Positions 1 to 9,475 of a DNA stretch of 64,000 bases are shown in pieces. The notes beneath the pieces are model-generated. The model was not told the origin of the DNA and searched no databases. It worked only from the letters and a program-made list of their open reading frames with translations. Position 1 is the stretch's first letter, and the number at the start of each line of letters is the position of its first letter. The translations under genes and the position numbers were made by a program. This stretch comes from Candidatus Multivorans sp. (lineage in GTDB: Bacteria; Acidobacteriota; Thermoanaerobaculia; Multivoradales; Multivoraceae), in contig OZ251997.1 of the NCBI GenBank assembly GCA_965247095.1, positions 4,416,001 to 4,480,000 of the forward strand, given 5' to 3'.

Positions 1-314
1 TGTTCGGTGGGCCGTCGTTCCTCGGCGACGGCTACGTCGACGAGTGGCCCGAGACGCTGCAGAATCTGAAGGCGCTGGACTTCGACATCGCCGTTCCCGG
101 GCATGGCGAGCCGCTCACCGATCTGAGTTCGATCGAGAAGTCGCAGGAGTACTACCGCGTTCTGTGGGAGCGAACGGCGGAGAAGCATGCGGCGGGGGTT
201 TCTGCCGAGGAGGTGCCTGGGACGATCGACCTCTCCGATACCGCGTTTCCAGACCGCAAGCCTTCTCTGGTCGAGGTACATCGGATGTACCACCGCCTCG
301 AGAACCCCGACTGA
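1..314 (+). CDS. MBL-fold metallo-hydrolase, C-terminal part (5' end outside window)
   Basis: Frame from nt 3 reads FGGPSFLGDGYVDEWPETLQNLKALDFDIAVPGHGEP...TGA at 312-314; PGHG motif; near-identical motif in the paralog at 59238-60296. Confidence 0.8.
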   Translation, partial: FGGPSFLGDGYVDEWPETLQNLKALDFDIAVPGHGEPLTDLSSIEKSQEYYRVLWERTAEKHAAGVSAEEVPGTIDLSDTAFPDRKPSLVEVHRMYHRLENPD

Positions 315-319
315 GCGCC

Positions 320-433
320 CCTGGGCACCCGGGTGGCGCGATCCGCGCCACCCGCGAACCACTCCGTGCGCCCGTCATCGGACCCACGGATGGCACGCGG
401 GCGTCTCGCCCGCATCCGGCGCGGAGCGCCGGC
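320..433 (+). repeat. REP family B (CCTGGGCAC-GCGGGCGTCTCGCCCGCATCCGGCGCGGAGCGCCGGC) interrupted by 68-bp two-hairpin element A
   Basis: Removing ~329-396 restores a sequence matching REP-B at 49518 and 12143; hairpin GGGTGGCGCG-ATC-CGCGCCACCC at 331-353. Confidence 0.8.
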
Positions 434-479
434 TCGCGGTAGACGCCAACCGCGCGACTGTGCGAACCTCCATAGTCCG

Positions 480-1562
480 ATGAAGCGGATCGGCATCAGC
501 ACCGGCGGCGGCGACGCGCCCGGACTCAACGCCGTGATCCGGGCCGTGACCCTGGCCTCCATTCGCCGCGGCTGGGAGGTCGTCGGCCTTCTGCGCGGTT
601 ACGGTGCCTTCTTCGACCCCAGCCAGATCCGCATCCTCGATCGCGACGCGGTGCGCGGCACGACCCATCTCGGCGGCACGATCCTGGGCACGCGTAGCGG
701 CGGAAACCCGTTCGAGCGGCGGGTCGAGCAGGACGACGGCGCCGTCGTCGTGGAGGACGTAACCGAGGAGGCCGTGGCGGGCTTCCATCGTCTTGACCTC
801 GACGCCCTGGTGGCAGTCGGGGGCGATGGTTCCATGCGGCTCGCGCTCAAGTTGCACGGGCTCGGCGTGCCGGTGGTCGGCGTGCCGAAGACGATCGACA
901 ACGACCTCGCAGGCACCAACGTCACGTTCGGCTTCCACACCGCCGTCGACGTGGCGACGGCGGCGATCGAACGTCTGCACTCGACCGCAGAAGCCCACGA
1001 CCGCATCTTCGTGGTCGAGCTGATGGGCCGTTACGCCGGTTGGATCGCCCTGTTCGCGGGCGTCGCGGCGACGGCCCAGGTCATCCTGATCCCCGAGATC
1101 CTGTACGACATGGACCACGTCTGCGATCACCTGATGGCGCGTGAGGGACGCGGCCGGCACTCGGCGGTGGTCGTGGCGGCCGAAGGCGCCCGACCGGTAG
1201 GCGGCGACTTCACGTGGTCGAAGGGCGTCGGAGGCGGCCCGGCCGAGCGCCTGGGCGGCGTCGCCGAGCGGGTAGCAGCCGAGATCCACGAACGGACCGG
1301 CAAGGAGACGCGGACCGTGACCCTGGGCCACCTCCAGCGTGGCGGCCAACCGATTCCCTACGACCGCCTGATCGCGTTGCGCTTCGGCGCCGCCGCCGTC
1401 CGTCAGATCGAAGCGGGGAAGTTCGGCGTCATGGTCGCCCTCTACCCGCCCACGGTGCGCGCCGTGCCCCTCGAACGCGCCGTGGGCCGCATGAAGAGCG
1501 TCCCGCTCGAAGCCGACGTCGTCGCCACCGCCCGCGACCTCGGCATCTGCCTCGGCGAGTAG
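480..1562 (+). CDS. pfkA: 6-phosphofructokinase (group III-like)
   Basis: MKRIGISTGGGDAPGLNA, GGDGS, PKTIDND, MGR and TLGHLQRGG motifs; ATG at 480. Confidence 0.95.
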   Translation: MKRIGISTGGGDAPGLNAVIRAVTLASIRRGWEVVGLLRGYGAFFDPSQIRILDRDAVRGTTHLGGTILGTRSGGNPFERRVEQDDGAVVVEDVTEEAVAGFHRLDLDALVAVGGDGSMRLALKLHGLGVPVVGVPKTIDNDLAGTNVTFGFHTAVDVATAAIERLHSTAEAHDRIFVVELMGRYAGWIALFAGVAATAQVILIPEILYDMDHVCDHLMAREGRGRHSAVVVAAEGARPVGGDFTWSKGVGGGPAERLGGVAERVAAEIHERTGKETRTVTLGHLQRGGQPIPYDRLIALRFGAAAVRQIEAGKFGVMVALYPPTVRAVPLERAVGRMKSVPLEADVVATARDLGICLGE

Positions 1563-1564
1563 CC

Positions 1565-1634
1565 CCTGGGAACCCGGGTGGCGCGGTCCGCGCCACCCTC
1601 GAACCACTCCTCGCGCCCGTCATCGGGCACGCGC
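1565..1634 (+). repeat. Second copy of element A following a REP-B left end (CCTGGGAAC); right hairpin degenerate
   Basis: CCTGGGAACCCGGGTGGCGCGGTCCGCGCCACCCTCGAACCACTCCTCGCGCCCGTCATCGGGCACGCG aligns with 320-399. Confidence 0.8.
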
Positions 1635-1703
1635 ACCGGCGTCGCGTAGACTGCGTCCCTTCGGGCCAGCCGCGGATGCCGGTGAGGACGGGCGCCGGAG
1701 GAT

Positions 1704-3200
1704 GTGGTGGCGAAGAAGAGCGGACTGAACACTGCGACCCTGGTCTTGCTGGGGGCTCGACGCCTCGCGGAGCTGCTCATCGACGCGACGTCCCACGACG
1801 CGGCTGCCCAGCGGGTCCTCAGGCTGGAAATCGCCGCGGCGGAGAGTCCGAAGGCGGCGGCCATCGAGATACGCAAGCGGTTGACTGCGCTAGCGCACTC
1901 CAGGACGTTCGTCCGCCGCTCGCGCGCTGGCCGGTTGGCCCGGGAGCTGGACACGCAACGGGAAGCGATCGAGACGTTTGTGGCCGGGTGCGACCCAAAG
2001 CTGGCTGTGGACGTGCTCTGGCGGTTCATGAGCGTGGCGGATCGGGTCCTTCAACGGTGCGACGACAGCGATGGCCTCATCGGCGATGTGTTCCGGCGTG
2101 CCCGGGCGGACCTCGGACGTGCCACGGAGGCGGCCCGACCCGACCCGGTGAAGCTCTCCGGAAAGGTCTTCGAGGCACTGTTGAGCAACACCCTGGGTCA
2201 GTACGACGGCCTGATCGGCGAGCTGGCGTCCGCACTGGGCGAGACGGGCCTGGACCACTTGCGGCGGAAGGTGCTCGCATTCCGGGACAGCAGGGGTGGC
2301 GCCGCGTCCGACGCTGCGCCGAGCAACGTCGTTGCCGGCCCTTGGGCCGCAGGCGACGCGGACAACGGCGGAAGGCGCGATGTCTCGTATCTGCTGAAGT
2401 ACACCGTCCCTCAGGCTCTAACGGAAATCGCCGACGCGCAGGGAGACGTGGACGCCTTCGTGGCCCAGTTCGACCAGCAACGGCGGACGATCCCGGTCTT
2501 CGCGGCTGAGATCGCGCAGCGGCTCCTCGCTGCAAATCGGGCGGAGGAGGCGCTGGAGATTCTCCAGGAGGCCGATCATGCAACGGACAGCGGCCCACAC
2601 CTCAGGAGGGAATGGAGCGATGCCAGAATCGCCGTTCTGGATGCGCTCGGTCGGAGCGCCGAGGCCCAGGCCAATCGGTGGATGGACTTCGAGAGCAGAC
2701 TCGACTCGGAGCGCCTGAGCGCATACCTGAAACGATTGCCGGCTTCCGAGAAGGAGGCGGCAACGGAAACCGCCCTGGCCTGCGCCGCCGACTACCACGA
2801 CGTGCACGAGGCGCTCGCCTTTCTGCTCGCTTGGCCCGATCTGCCAGGCGCCGCCGCTCTCATCGTGCGAAGAGCGAGGGAACTGAATGGCGGTCTCTAC
2901 GGCACCTTGAATGCTGCGGTCTCCTCACTGACCTCTGACCATCCCCTCGCGGCGACCCTGGCGCTGCGGGCGCTGATGGACTTCACCCTGGGCAACGCGC
3001 GTTCCACCCGCTACGGGCACGCGGCGAGGCAACTTCTGGAATGCACCGGGCTGGCGCAGAGGATCAGCGACTACCGCGGCTTCCACTCCCACGACGAGTA
3101 CTTGGCGAATCTGCTGGAGACGCATGACAGGAAGACGAAGTTCTGGGGACTGGTGGGGGACTTGGTCGGCGACGGCACGGATGTCTCCCGCTCCCGATAG
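1704..3200 (+). CDS. DUF6880-like hypothetical protein
   Basis: 498-aa ORF; LGARRLAELL, RCDDSDG and ARSTRYGHAA..L..C segments resemble this family. Confidence 0.75.
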   Translation: MVAKKSGLNTATLVLLGARRLAELLIDATSHDAAAQRVLRLEIAAAESPKAAAIEIRKRLTALAHSRTFVRRSRAGRLARELDTQREAIETFVAGCDPKLAVDVLWRFMSVADRVLQRCDDSDGLIGDVFRRARADLGRATEAARPDPVKLSGKVFEALLSNTLGQYDGLIGELASALGETGLDHLRRKVLAFRDSRGGAASDAAPSNVVAGPWAAGDADNGGRRDVSYLLKYTVPQALTEIADAQGDVDAFVAQFDQQRRTIPVFAAEIAQRLLAANRAEEALEILQEADHATDSGPHLRREWSDARIAVLDALGRSAEAQANRWMDFESRLDSERLSAYLKRLPASEKEAATETALACAADYHDVHEALAFLLAWPDLPGAAALIVRRARELNGGLYGTLNAAVSSLTSDHPLAATLALRALMDFTLGNARSTRYGHAARQLLECTGLAQRISDYRGFHSHDEYLANLLETHDRKTKFWGLVGDLVGDGTDVSRSR

Positions 3201-3268
3201 CGCCGGGCCTGCGGCGGTTGACCGTTACGTCCTTCGGGATCGATGGGCCGGAGCAGCCACGTGCCTCC

Positions 3269-3307
3269 GGACTTCGGGTGCGGGCATCGTTGCCCGCATC
3301 CGAAGCC
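3269..3307. repeat. Intergenic hairpin with REP-B-like core
   Basis: GGACTTCGGGTGCGGGC-ATCGTT-GCCCGCATCCGAAGCC imperfect inverted repeat. Confidence 0.5.
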
Positions 3308-3390
3308 AATCGTCGGCCTCGGGTAGTGGTCCTGTCGATGGCGAGTCACGAGGCCCGTGCCGCTGTGGGATTTTGCTAGCCTAGACCGTC

Positions 3391-3621
3391 ATGGCCACGG
3401 CAACGTTCGACACCTTGGCAACGGCCCGCAAGTTGGCGGAGTCCGGTTTGGAAGCCGCTCAGGCGGAGGCTGTCACCGAAGCGATCCGGGCCGCGGTAAC
3501 GGTAGGCGTGGCGACAAAATCGGACTTGGAGACGCTTCGCGCCGATTTGACTTGGCGCATGGTCCTCGTCGTAGGCGCCCTGCTCGCGTTGGCGACGGCG
3601 GTCGACCGTCTGCTTGGCTGA
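3391..3621 (+). CDS. Small DUF1640/CCDC90-like coiled-coil membrane protein
   Basis: FDTL..ARKL..SG....QAEA, VATKSDL and C-terminal TM helix. Confidence 0.75.
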   Translation: MATATFDTLATARKLAESGLEAAQAEAVTEAIRAAVTVGVATKSDLETLRADLTWRMVLVVGALLALATAVDRLLG

Positions 3622-3639
3622 CCAGGGTGAAGAACCGCG

Positions 3640-3864
3640 ATGGCGGACCAGATCAGGGGCTCCGTCGATTCAGACGTCGCCGAACTCTGCCGAGCCTCTT
3701 CCGCTGGTGAGCGTCGCAAACTCGACCTGCTTGTCAGCCTGCGTCTTCGCGACGTTGCCGAATCCGGGAGATCGTTGGAGGACGTCGTGCGGAAGGTCAG
3801 CCGCAACGCCCAGCGCCGGGGTCTGACCGAGGAGATTCTGCAGTCGTTACTGGCTGAAGAGTGA
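3640..3864 (+). CDS. Putative antitoxin of a PIN toxin
   Basis: C-terminal AQRRGLTEEILQSLL; GTGA overlap with a PIN-like start. Confidence 0.6.
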   Translation: MADQIRGSVDSDVAELCRASSAGERRKLDLLVSLRLRDVAESGRSLEDVVRKVSRNAQRRGLTEEILQSLLAEE

Positions 3865-4007
3865 CGCGAGTCGTCTTCGACACGAGCGTCATCGTCAGCG
3901 CGGCGCTGTTTCACCGATCCGTGCCGGGGCGCGCGTTTCTGTGGGCCCTGCGTCATGGCACGGTTTGGTTTCTTTTGGCTAGGGGATTGGGCGCGGGGTT
4001 GAGGTGA
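3861..4007 (+). pseudogene. Truncated PIN-domain toxin
   Basis: VTRVVFDTSVIVSAALF..SVPGRAF is a PIN N-terminus, but the frame stops after 48 codons. Confidence 0.7.
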
Positions 4008-4032
4008 TGCGAGGCCTTCCCAGTGGGCCCCG

Positions 4033-5436
4033 CTACGACAACGCCTCCACAACCTTCATCAACGTGTCCTTCGCGTCCCCGAAGGTCAGCACGGTGTTCG
4101 GGGCGAAGAACAGCTCGTTCTCGATGCCGGCGAACCCCGGTCGCATGGACCGCTTGAGCACGATGCAGGAACGGGCGAGGTCGGCGTTCAAGACCGGCAT
4201 GCCGTAGATGGAGCTCGACGGGTTGTGCTTCGCCGCCGGGTTGACGACGTCGTTGGCGCCGACGACGAGGGCGACGTCGGTGTTCTTGAAGTCGTCGTTG
4301 ATCTCCTCGAGTTCGCAGAGCGACGTGTAGGGGATCTTCGCTTCGGCCAGCAGCACGTTCATGTGGCCGGGCATGCGGCCCGCGACCGGGTGGATCGCGT
4401 AGCGGACCTGGGTGCCGTTCGCCTCCAGGATCTCGGCCAGTTCGCTGACGACGTGCTGGGCCTGGGCAACCGCCATGCCGTAGCCGGGGCAGACGATGAC
4501 GGAATTGGCGCCGGACAGGAGCATCGCGGCGTCGCCGACCGAGGCCTCCTGGACCCGGTCGCCTCCGGCCGCGGCCTTTGCGGCGTCCCCCTCGTCGACC
4601 TTGCCGAAGGCGCCGAACAGGACGTTTCGGAAGGACCGGTTCATCGCCTTGCTCATGACCACCGACAAGATGAAGCCTGAGGCGCCGTCCAGCGCCCCGG
4701 CGATGATCAGGACGTTGTTGTCGAGCGCGAAGCCGGTCGCCGCTGCGGCCAGACCGGCGTAGGAGTTCAGCAGGGTAATGACGACCGGCATGTCGGCGCC
4801 GCCGATGGGCGCCACGAACAGGATGCCCAGGAGCAGGGGCATCGCCGCCATGGCGTAGAACAGGACCTGGTTCGAGGGGTCGATCGTGACCAGCACCAGG
4901 AGCAGGAAGGTGCCGCCGAACATCAGGATGTTGCTTACGTTCTGCAGCGGCCAGGTGATGCTACGGCCGGGAATCAGGCCGGAGAGCTTGCCGAAGGCCA
5001 TGAGTGAGCCGGTGAAGGTGAGGCCGCCGAACAGCACCTCGAAGCCGATCGCCCCCATCGTCGTGGGGTCGATGTGCTCGCTGTGGCGGTAGTACTCGGA
5101 GACGCCGACCAGGGCGGCGGCGAGACCGCCGAAGGCGTGGGAGAGGGCAATCCGCTCGGGCATCCGGGTCATCGGGATGAGCGCCGAGATGGCGATGCCG
5201 ACCGCGCTGCCGATGAAGACGGTGAGCAGGATCCACTTGTAGGTCTGGAAGAAGCCGACGAGCTCGTAGCGCGCGCCGATGTCCGGGTGCAGCAGGGTGC
5301 CCCAGACAGCGAAGACCATGCCGAGTTCGGCGAGGATCAGGCCCCGGCGGGCGGTATGTGCGGCGGTCAAACCGCGCAGCCCGAGGATGAACAGGAACGA
5401 CGCGATGAGGTAGAGCGTCTCGACCTGGTTGATCAC
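4033..5436 (-). CDS. pntB: NAD(P) transhydrogenase beta subunit
   Basis: GGADMPVVITLLNSYAG, PGYGMAVAQAQH, HPVAGRMPGHMNVLLAEA. Confidence 0.97.
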   Translation of the reverse strand: MINQVETLYLIASFLFILGLRGLTAAHTARRGLILAELGMVFAVWGTLLHPDIGARYELVGFFQTYKWILLTVFIGSAVGIAISALIPMTRMPERIALSHAFGGLAAALVGVSEYYRHSEHIDPTTMGAIGFEVLFGGLTFTGSLMAFGKLSGLIPGRSITWPLQNVSNILMFGGTFLLLVLVTIDPSNQVLFYAMAAMPLLLGILFVAPIGGADMPVVITLLNSYAGLAAAATGFALDNNVLIIAGALDGASGFILSVVMSKAMNRSFRNVLFGAFGKVDEGDAAKAAAGGDRVQEASVGDAAMLLSGANSVIVCPGYGMAVAQAQHVVSELAEILEANGTQVRYAIHPVAGRMPGHMNVLLAEAKIPYTSLCELEEINDDFKNTDVALVVGANDVVNPAAKHNPSSSIYGMPVLNADLARSCIVLKRSMRPGFAGIENELFFAPNTVLTFGDAKDTLMKVVEALS

Positions 5437-5747
5437 GACTTGGCGTCTCCCGCCGGTTCAGCCTTCGGGTCCTGCCTCTTGAACATCCGCAGCATGCGGT
5501 CCGTGATCCAGAAGCCGCCGACGACGTTGATCGTCGCGCAGAGCACGGCGACCGCGCCGAGCACGGTGCTCACGTCGTTGTAGTGAGCGCCGGCGGCAAC
5601 CAGCGAGCCGACCAGGGAGATGCCGGAGATGGCGTTGGTGAATGCCATCAGCGGGGTGTGGAGCAGGGCCGGTACACCCTTGATCACGCCGTAGCCGACG
5701 AAGGCCGCGAGCATGAAGATGTACAGCCCAAGGAAGATCTCGAGCAT
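5433..5747 (-). CDS. pntAB: NAD(P) transhydrogenase alpha subunit part 2
   Basis: VPALLHTPLMAFTNAISG, NVVGGFWITDRMLRMF. Confidence 0.95.
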   Translation of the reverse strand: MLEIFLGLYIFMLAAFVGYGVIKGVPALLHTPLMAFTNAISGISLVGSLVAAGAHYNDVSTVLGAVAVLCATINVVGGFWITDRMLRMFKRQDPKAEPAGDAKS

Positions 5748-5789
5748 TAGTGTGCTCCTCCTTGCGCGGGTTCAGGCTGGCCGGTGGGC

Positions 5790-6917
5790 TCAGGCCAGCG
5801 CTTCAGCGACCTGTGTGTCGACGATCTCGCCGCCGTGGGTGACGACGCAACCCTTGACGATCTCGTTGTCGAAGTCGAAGCTCAGCTCGCCGTCGGTCAG
5901 CAGATAGAGCACCAGCTTCTCGGCGTTGCGCGAGAACATGCGGCTGGCGTCGGCGGCCAGATCACTGGCCAGATTGAGCGGTCCGAGCACGGTGACGCCG
6001 TTGACCTTGACTTCCTCGCCCGGCCGCGTCAGCTCGCAGTTGCCGCCCTGTTCGGCGGCCAGGTCGACGACGAGCGAACCGTTCGGCATCCCCGCGACCA
6101 TCTCGGCCGTGATCAGGCGCGGCGCCGGCCGGCCGGGAATGAGCGCCGTCGTGATGCAGGCGTCGGTCGAGCGCAGACGCTCAGCGATCACCTCGTTCGC
6201 CCGGCGCTGGCTCTCCTCGGGGACCTCGCGGGCGTAGCCGCCCTCGGTCTCGGCGTCCTCGATCGCCGGGACCTCGACGAAGCTGGCGCCCAGGCTTTCG
6301 ACCTGCTCCTTGACCACGGCGCGCACGTCGTAGGCCTCGACCACGGCGCCCAGCCGGTGGGCGGTGGCGATCGCCTGCAGTCCGGCCACGCCGGCGCCGA
6401 GGACGAGAACGCGGGCCGGGTTGATGCGCCCCGCGGCCGTCATCAGCAGCGGGAAGAACTGGGGCAGGCGATAGGCCGCGAGCACGGCGGCGCGGTAGCC
6501 GGCGACGGTGCTCTGGGAACTCAGGACGTCCATCGATTGCGCCAGGGTGACACGGGGAATCCGGTCGAGCGCGATGGCGGTGAGCCGGGCAGAGCACAGC
6601 TGCCGCACGAGCGGTCCGGCGGAGAGGGGAAAGAGCAGGCCGACGACCGCCGCGCCCGCCTTGGACGCTTCGATCTCGGCAGCGCCGGGCGCCTGGACGC
6701 GGACGACGAGGTCGGCGGCGCCCAGGACCTCGCCGGCCGTCGCCGCGATCTCGGCGCCGGCTTCGCGGTAGGCGTCGTCGTCGAATCCGGCCTCAGCGCC
6801 GGCGCCTGCTTCGACCAGGAAGTCGACACCCTTGGCGTGAATTCGGGCGACGCTCTCGGGGACCAGGGCGACCCGGCGCTCTCCCGGATGCGTTTCGCGT
6901 ACGACTCCGGCTTTCAT
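5790..6917 (-). CDS. pntAA: NAD(P) transhydrogenase alpha subunit part 1
   Basis: ERRVALVP, AQSMDVLSSQ, GAGVAGLQAI, TALIPGRPAP. Confidence 0.95.
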   Translation of the reverse strand: MKAGVVRETHPGERRVALVPESVARIHAKGVDFLVEAGAGAEAGFDDDAYREAGAEIAATAGEVLGAADLVVRVQAPGAAEIEASKAGAAVVGLLFPLSAGPLVRQLCSARLTAIALDRIPRVTLAQSMDVLSSQSTVAGYRAAVLAAYRLPQFFPLLMTAAGRINPARVLVLGAGVAGLQAIATAHRLGAVVEAYDVRAVVKEQVESLGASFVEVPAIEDAETEGGYAREVPEESQRRANEVIAERLRSTDACITTALIPGRPAPRLITAEMVAGMPNGSLVVDLAAEQGGNCELTRPGEEVKVNGVTVLGPLNLASDLAADASRMFSRNAEKLVLYLLTDGELSFDFDNEIVKGCVVTHGGEIVDTQVAEALA

Positions 6918-6992
6918 GTTCGCGCGCGAAGGTTATGCCTGCCGGGCGGCGGGAGCAAACGGATGCGGAGTTCCGGCGCTCGGACTGAGGCG

Positions 6993-8267
6993 TCAGGAGA
7001 CCTGGAAGCCGGCGCTCTGGACGGCTGTCTTGAGAGCGCTCAGAGGTGCTATGCCCCAGACGGTAGCGCTGCCGCGGTTGAGGTCGACGTGGGCCATCTC
7101 CACGCCCGGCGCGGCGAGCAGGGCGCTCTCCACCGCTTCCGCGCAGTTTCCGCAGGTCATGCCGCCGACGGCGATCTCGACTGCCGCGCCGGCGTCGCCC
7201 GAGGCTTCCGAGGCCCTCTTCAACCTTCGATCAACGGCCGCCTGCCGCTGCCAGCGCCGGAACTCCTGCAGGCCGAACCAGCCGAACATCAGCACCAGCA
7301 GGATTGCGGACGTGGCGCCCCACCACGGCACTCCGTGCTCGTGGGCGTGCCCAACCTGCAGTGCGGCGCCGCCGACCAGAGTCTCGAACAGCATGGCGAA
7401 GCCGACGCTGCCGACGATGACGGTCGTCAGGTACACCACGGTCACCTGCCGGCCGAACGCCCGGTAGACGGTGCCGACGGTGGCGACGTTGGTGGCCGGG
7501 CCGGCCATCAGAAAGACCAGGGCGGCGCCCAGCGGCAGGCCGTTGGCAACCAGGGCCGCGGCGATCGGCACCGAGGCTGTCGCGCAAACGTAGAGCGGCA
7601 GAGAGATGACGAGCGCGGCGGCCGCCGCGCCGAAGGTGCCGAGCGCCGCCAGATCGAGCCAGGCCTGCTGCGGCAGGAGCACTTCGATCGCGGCGGAGAC
7701 CAGAATCCCGACCGCGACCCAGCGCCAGATGCTGCGCAGGAGCTCGGCGCCGTGGTCGACCATGTCGGCGATCTTCGGAAACACCGTTCCGCCGATAAGG
7801 TGCCCGCTATTCGGCTCGCCGCCGGCCCCTTCGACCGTGGCTTCTTCCTCCGCTATGGAGACGTCGATCTTCATCCGCTCGATCCACCAGCCGCCGGCCA
7901 CTCCGGTCACCGCGGCGGCCGCGACCTTGAAGAGGGCGAATGGCCAGCCGAGGAAGGTCGCGCTGACCAGGATCGAGTCGACGCCGGTCTGCGGCGTGCT
8001 GATCAGAAAGCCCATCGCGGAGCCGTTGCTGGCCCCGGTGCGCTTGAGGCCGATGCCGGCCGGGATCACGCCGCACGAGCAGAGCGGCAGCGGCACGCCC
8101 AGGACCACGGCCTTGATCACGCCGCTGTAGCCGCTGAGCTGGCGCCGGATCAGGTTGCGTGGCAGCAGGACGTGGAGCAGGGCGGCGAGCAGGGCGCCGA
8201 ACAGCAGCCAGGGTGCGAGCTCAGCGAGCACGCTCCAGGTTGCCTGTAGAAAGCCGGTCTCCGTCAT
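6993..8267 (-). CDS. DUF318/ArsP-type metal permease with C-terminal HMA domain
   Basis: PLPLCSCGVIP, PLYVCATASVP, GPATN and HMA motif GMTCGNC. Confidence 0.88.
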   Translation of the reverse strand: MTETGFLQATWSVLAELAPWLLFGALLAALLHVLLPRNLIRRQLSGYSGVIKAVVLGVPLPLCSCGVIPAGIGLKRTGASNGSAMGFLISTPQTGVDSILVSATFLGWPFALFKVAAAAVTGVAGGWWIERMKIDVSIAEEEATVEGAGGEPNSGHLIGGTVFPKIADMVDHGAELLRSIWRWVAVGILVSAAIEVLLPQQAWLDLAALGTFGAAAAALVISLPLYVCATASVPIAAALVANGLPLGAALVFLMAGPATNVATVGTVYRAFGRQVTVVYLTTVIVGSVGFAMLFETLVGGAALQVGHAHEHGVPWWGATSAILLVLMFGWFGLQEFRRWQRQAAVDRRLKRASEASGDAGAAVEIAVGGMTCGNCAEAVESALLAAPGVEMAHVDLNRGSATVWGIAPLSALKTAVQSAGFQVS

Positions 8268-8389
8268 GGCAGAACCACTCTATCGTCGCAGAACGCTCCA
8301 GCGCTCGGGCCGATTCCAACTCTCCGAAGAATAGCGCCCTTGGCTCCAAGGCTGTTTCGCTCGGGAGCTGACTCGGGCGCCGACGAGAC

Positions 8390-8403
8390 TTAGTGTAGAC
8401 TAA
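8390..8403. promoter_or_regulatory. Putative DtxR/MntR-family operator
   Basis: AT-rich palindrome TTAG-TGTAGA-CTAA 25 nt upstream of the DtxR-family gene; matches the TTAG-N6-CTAA pattern. Confidence 0.6.
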
Positions 8404-8428
8404 ACTTCTGATTCGCGGTAACGAATAC

Positions 8429-9475
8429 ATGAACCCTCTCCTCGCACTCGTCGTTCTCGCTGCGGTCATCGCCCTGGCCGCCCTGGTGGCATGGCCGGAC
8501 CGCGGCTGGCTGTGGCGCTGGCGCTCCGGCGGGCGCGCCCTGCACCGCACGCGCACCGAGGACGCGCTCAAGCACCTGTTCGACTGCGAGTACCAGGGGC
8601 GCCAGGCGACCCACCAGAGCCTGGTCGGCGTACTGCGGCTCGGGGGCCGGCGGAGCACCGAACTCCTCGCCCGCATGGAGCGGCTGGGGCTCATCGTGTC
8701 GGCGGCGGGGGGCTTCCGGCTGACCGCCGAGGGACGCAGCGAGGCGCTGCGTGTGATCCGCATCCACCGGTTGTGGGAGCGCTACCTGGCGGACGAGACG
8801 GGGCTGGAGCCGGAGCGCTGGCACCCGGAAGCCGAGCGCCGGGAGCATGTGACTTCGCCCGAGCAGGCGGAGGAGCTGTCCGTGCGACTCGGTCATCCGC
8901 CGTTCGACCCGCACGGCGACCCGATCCCGACGCGGGAAGGCGACCTGCCGCCGCAAGCCGGCCGGGCGCTGACGGACTTCGCTGTCGGCGAGGTAGTCGA
9001 GGTGGTCCACGTAGAGGATGAGCCCGCCGCGGTCTATGCGCAGTTGGTCGCCGAAGGTGTCCATCCCGGCATGAAGTTGCGCATCTCGTCCGTGGCGCCC
9101 GAGCGCATCCGCTTCGAGGCCGACCTGGACGAGGTCGTGCTGGCGCCGGTCATCGCCGCCAACATCTTCGCCATACCGGCCGCGGAGGCGGCTTCCGACG
9201 AGAGACCGGTATCCGCCGGCGCCACCGGATCGCTGTCGGGCGTGGCCGTCGGCGAGCAGGCGCTGGTGGTCGGCTTCTCGCGCTTCTGCCGTGGAATGGA
9301 GCGTCGCCGACTGCTCGACCTGGGGCTGCTTCCGGGCACCTTGGTGGAAGCGAAGATGGCCAGTCCGTCGGGCGACCCGGTGGCCTACCGGGTGCGCGGC
9401 GCCGTGATCGCCCTGCGTCGCTCGCAGGCGGATCAGATCCAGGTTCAACGACCCCAGCAGGCGGCTTCAGCATGA
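8429..9475 (+). CDS. DtxR/MntR-family metal-dependent regulator with N-terminal TM helix and two FeoA domains
   Basis: [32 protein letters not shown]; C-terminal [30 protein letters not shown]. Confidence 0.9.
   Translation: MNPLLALVVLAAVIALAALVAWPDRGWLWRWRSGGRALHRTRTEDALKHLFDCEYQGRQATHQSLVGVLRLGGRRSTELLARMERLGLIVSAAGGFRLTAEGRSEALRVIRIHRLWERYLADETGLEPERWHPEAERREHVTSPEQAEELSVRLGHPPFDPHGDPIPTREGDLPPQAGRALTDFAVGEVVEVVHVEDEPAAVYAQLVAEGVHPGMKLRISSVAPERIRFEADLDEVVLAPVIAANIFAIPAAEAASDERPVSAGATGSLSGVAVGEQALVVGFSRFCRGMERRRLLDLGLLPGTLVEAKMASPSGDPVAYRVRGAVIALRRSQADQIQVQRPQQAASA

Noticed and set aside
333-479. N-terminal extension of PfkA from the ORF track
   Set aside because: Derived from repeat sequence; the family N-terminus begins at ATG 480.
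320-1634. CRISPR array or attC cassette interpretation of the repeats
   Set aside because: No regular repeat-spacer period, no cas or integrase gene, no attC core sites.
5784-8249. Long antisense and alternative-frame ORFs (also 31091-34150, 47558-49669 and others)
   Set aside because: Shadow ORFs of high-GC genes; no motifs, and they overlap well-supported CDSs.
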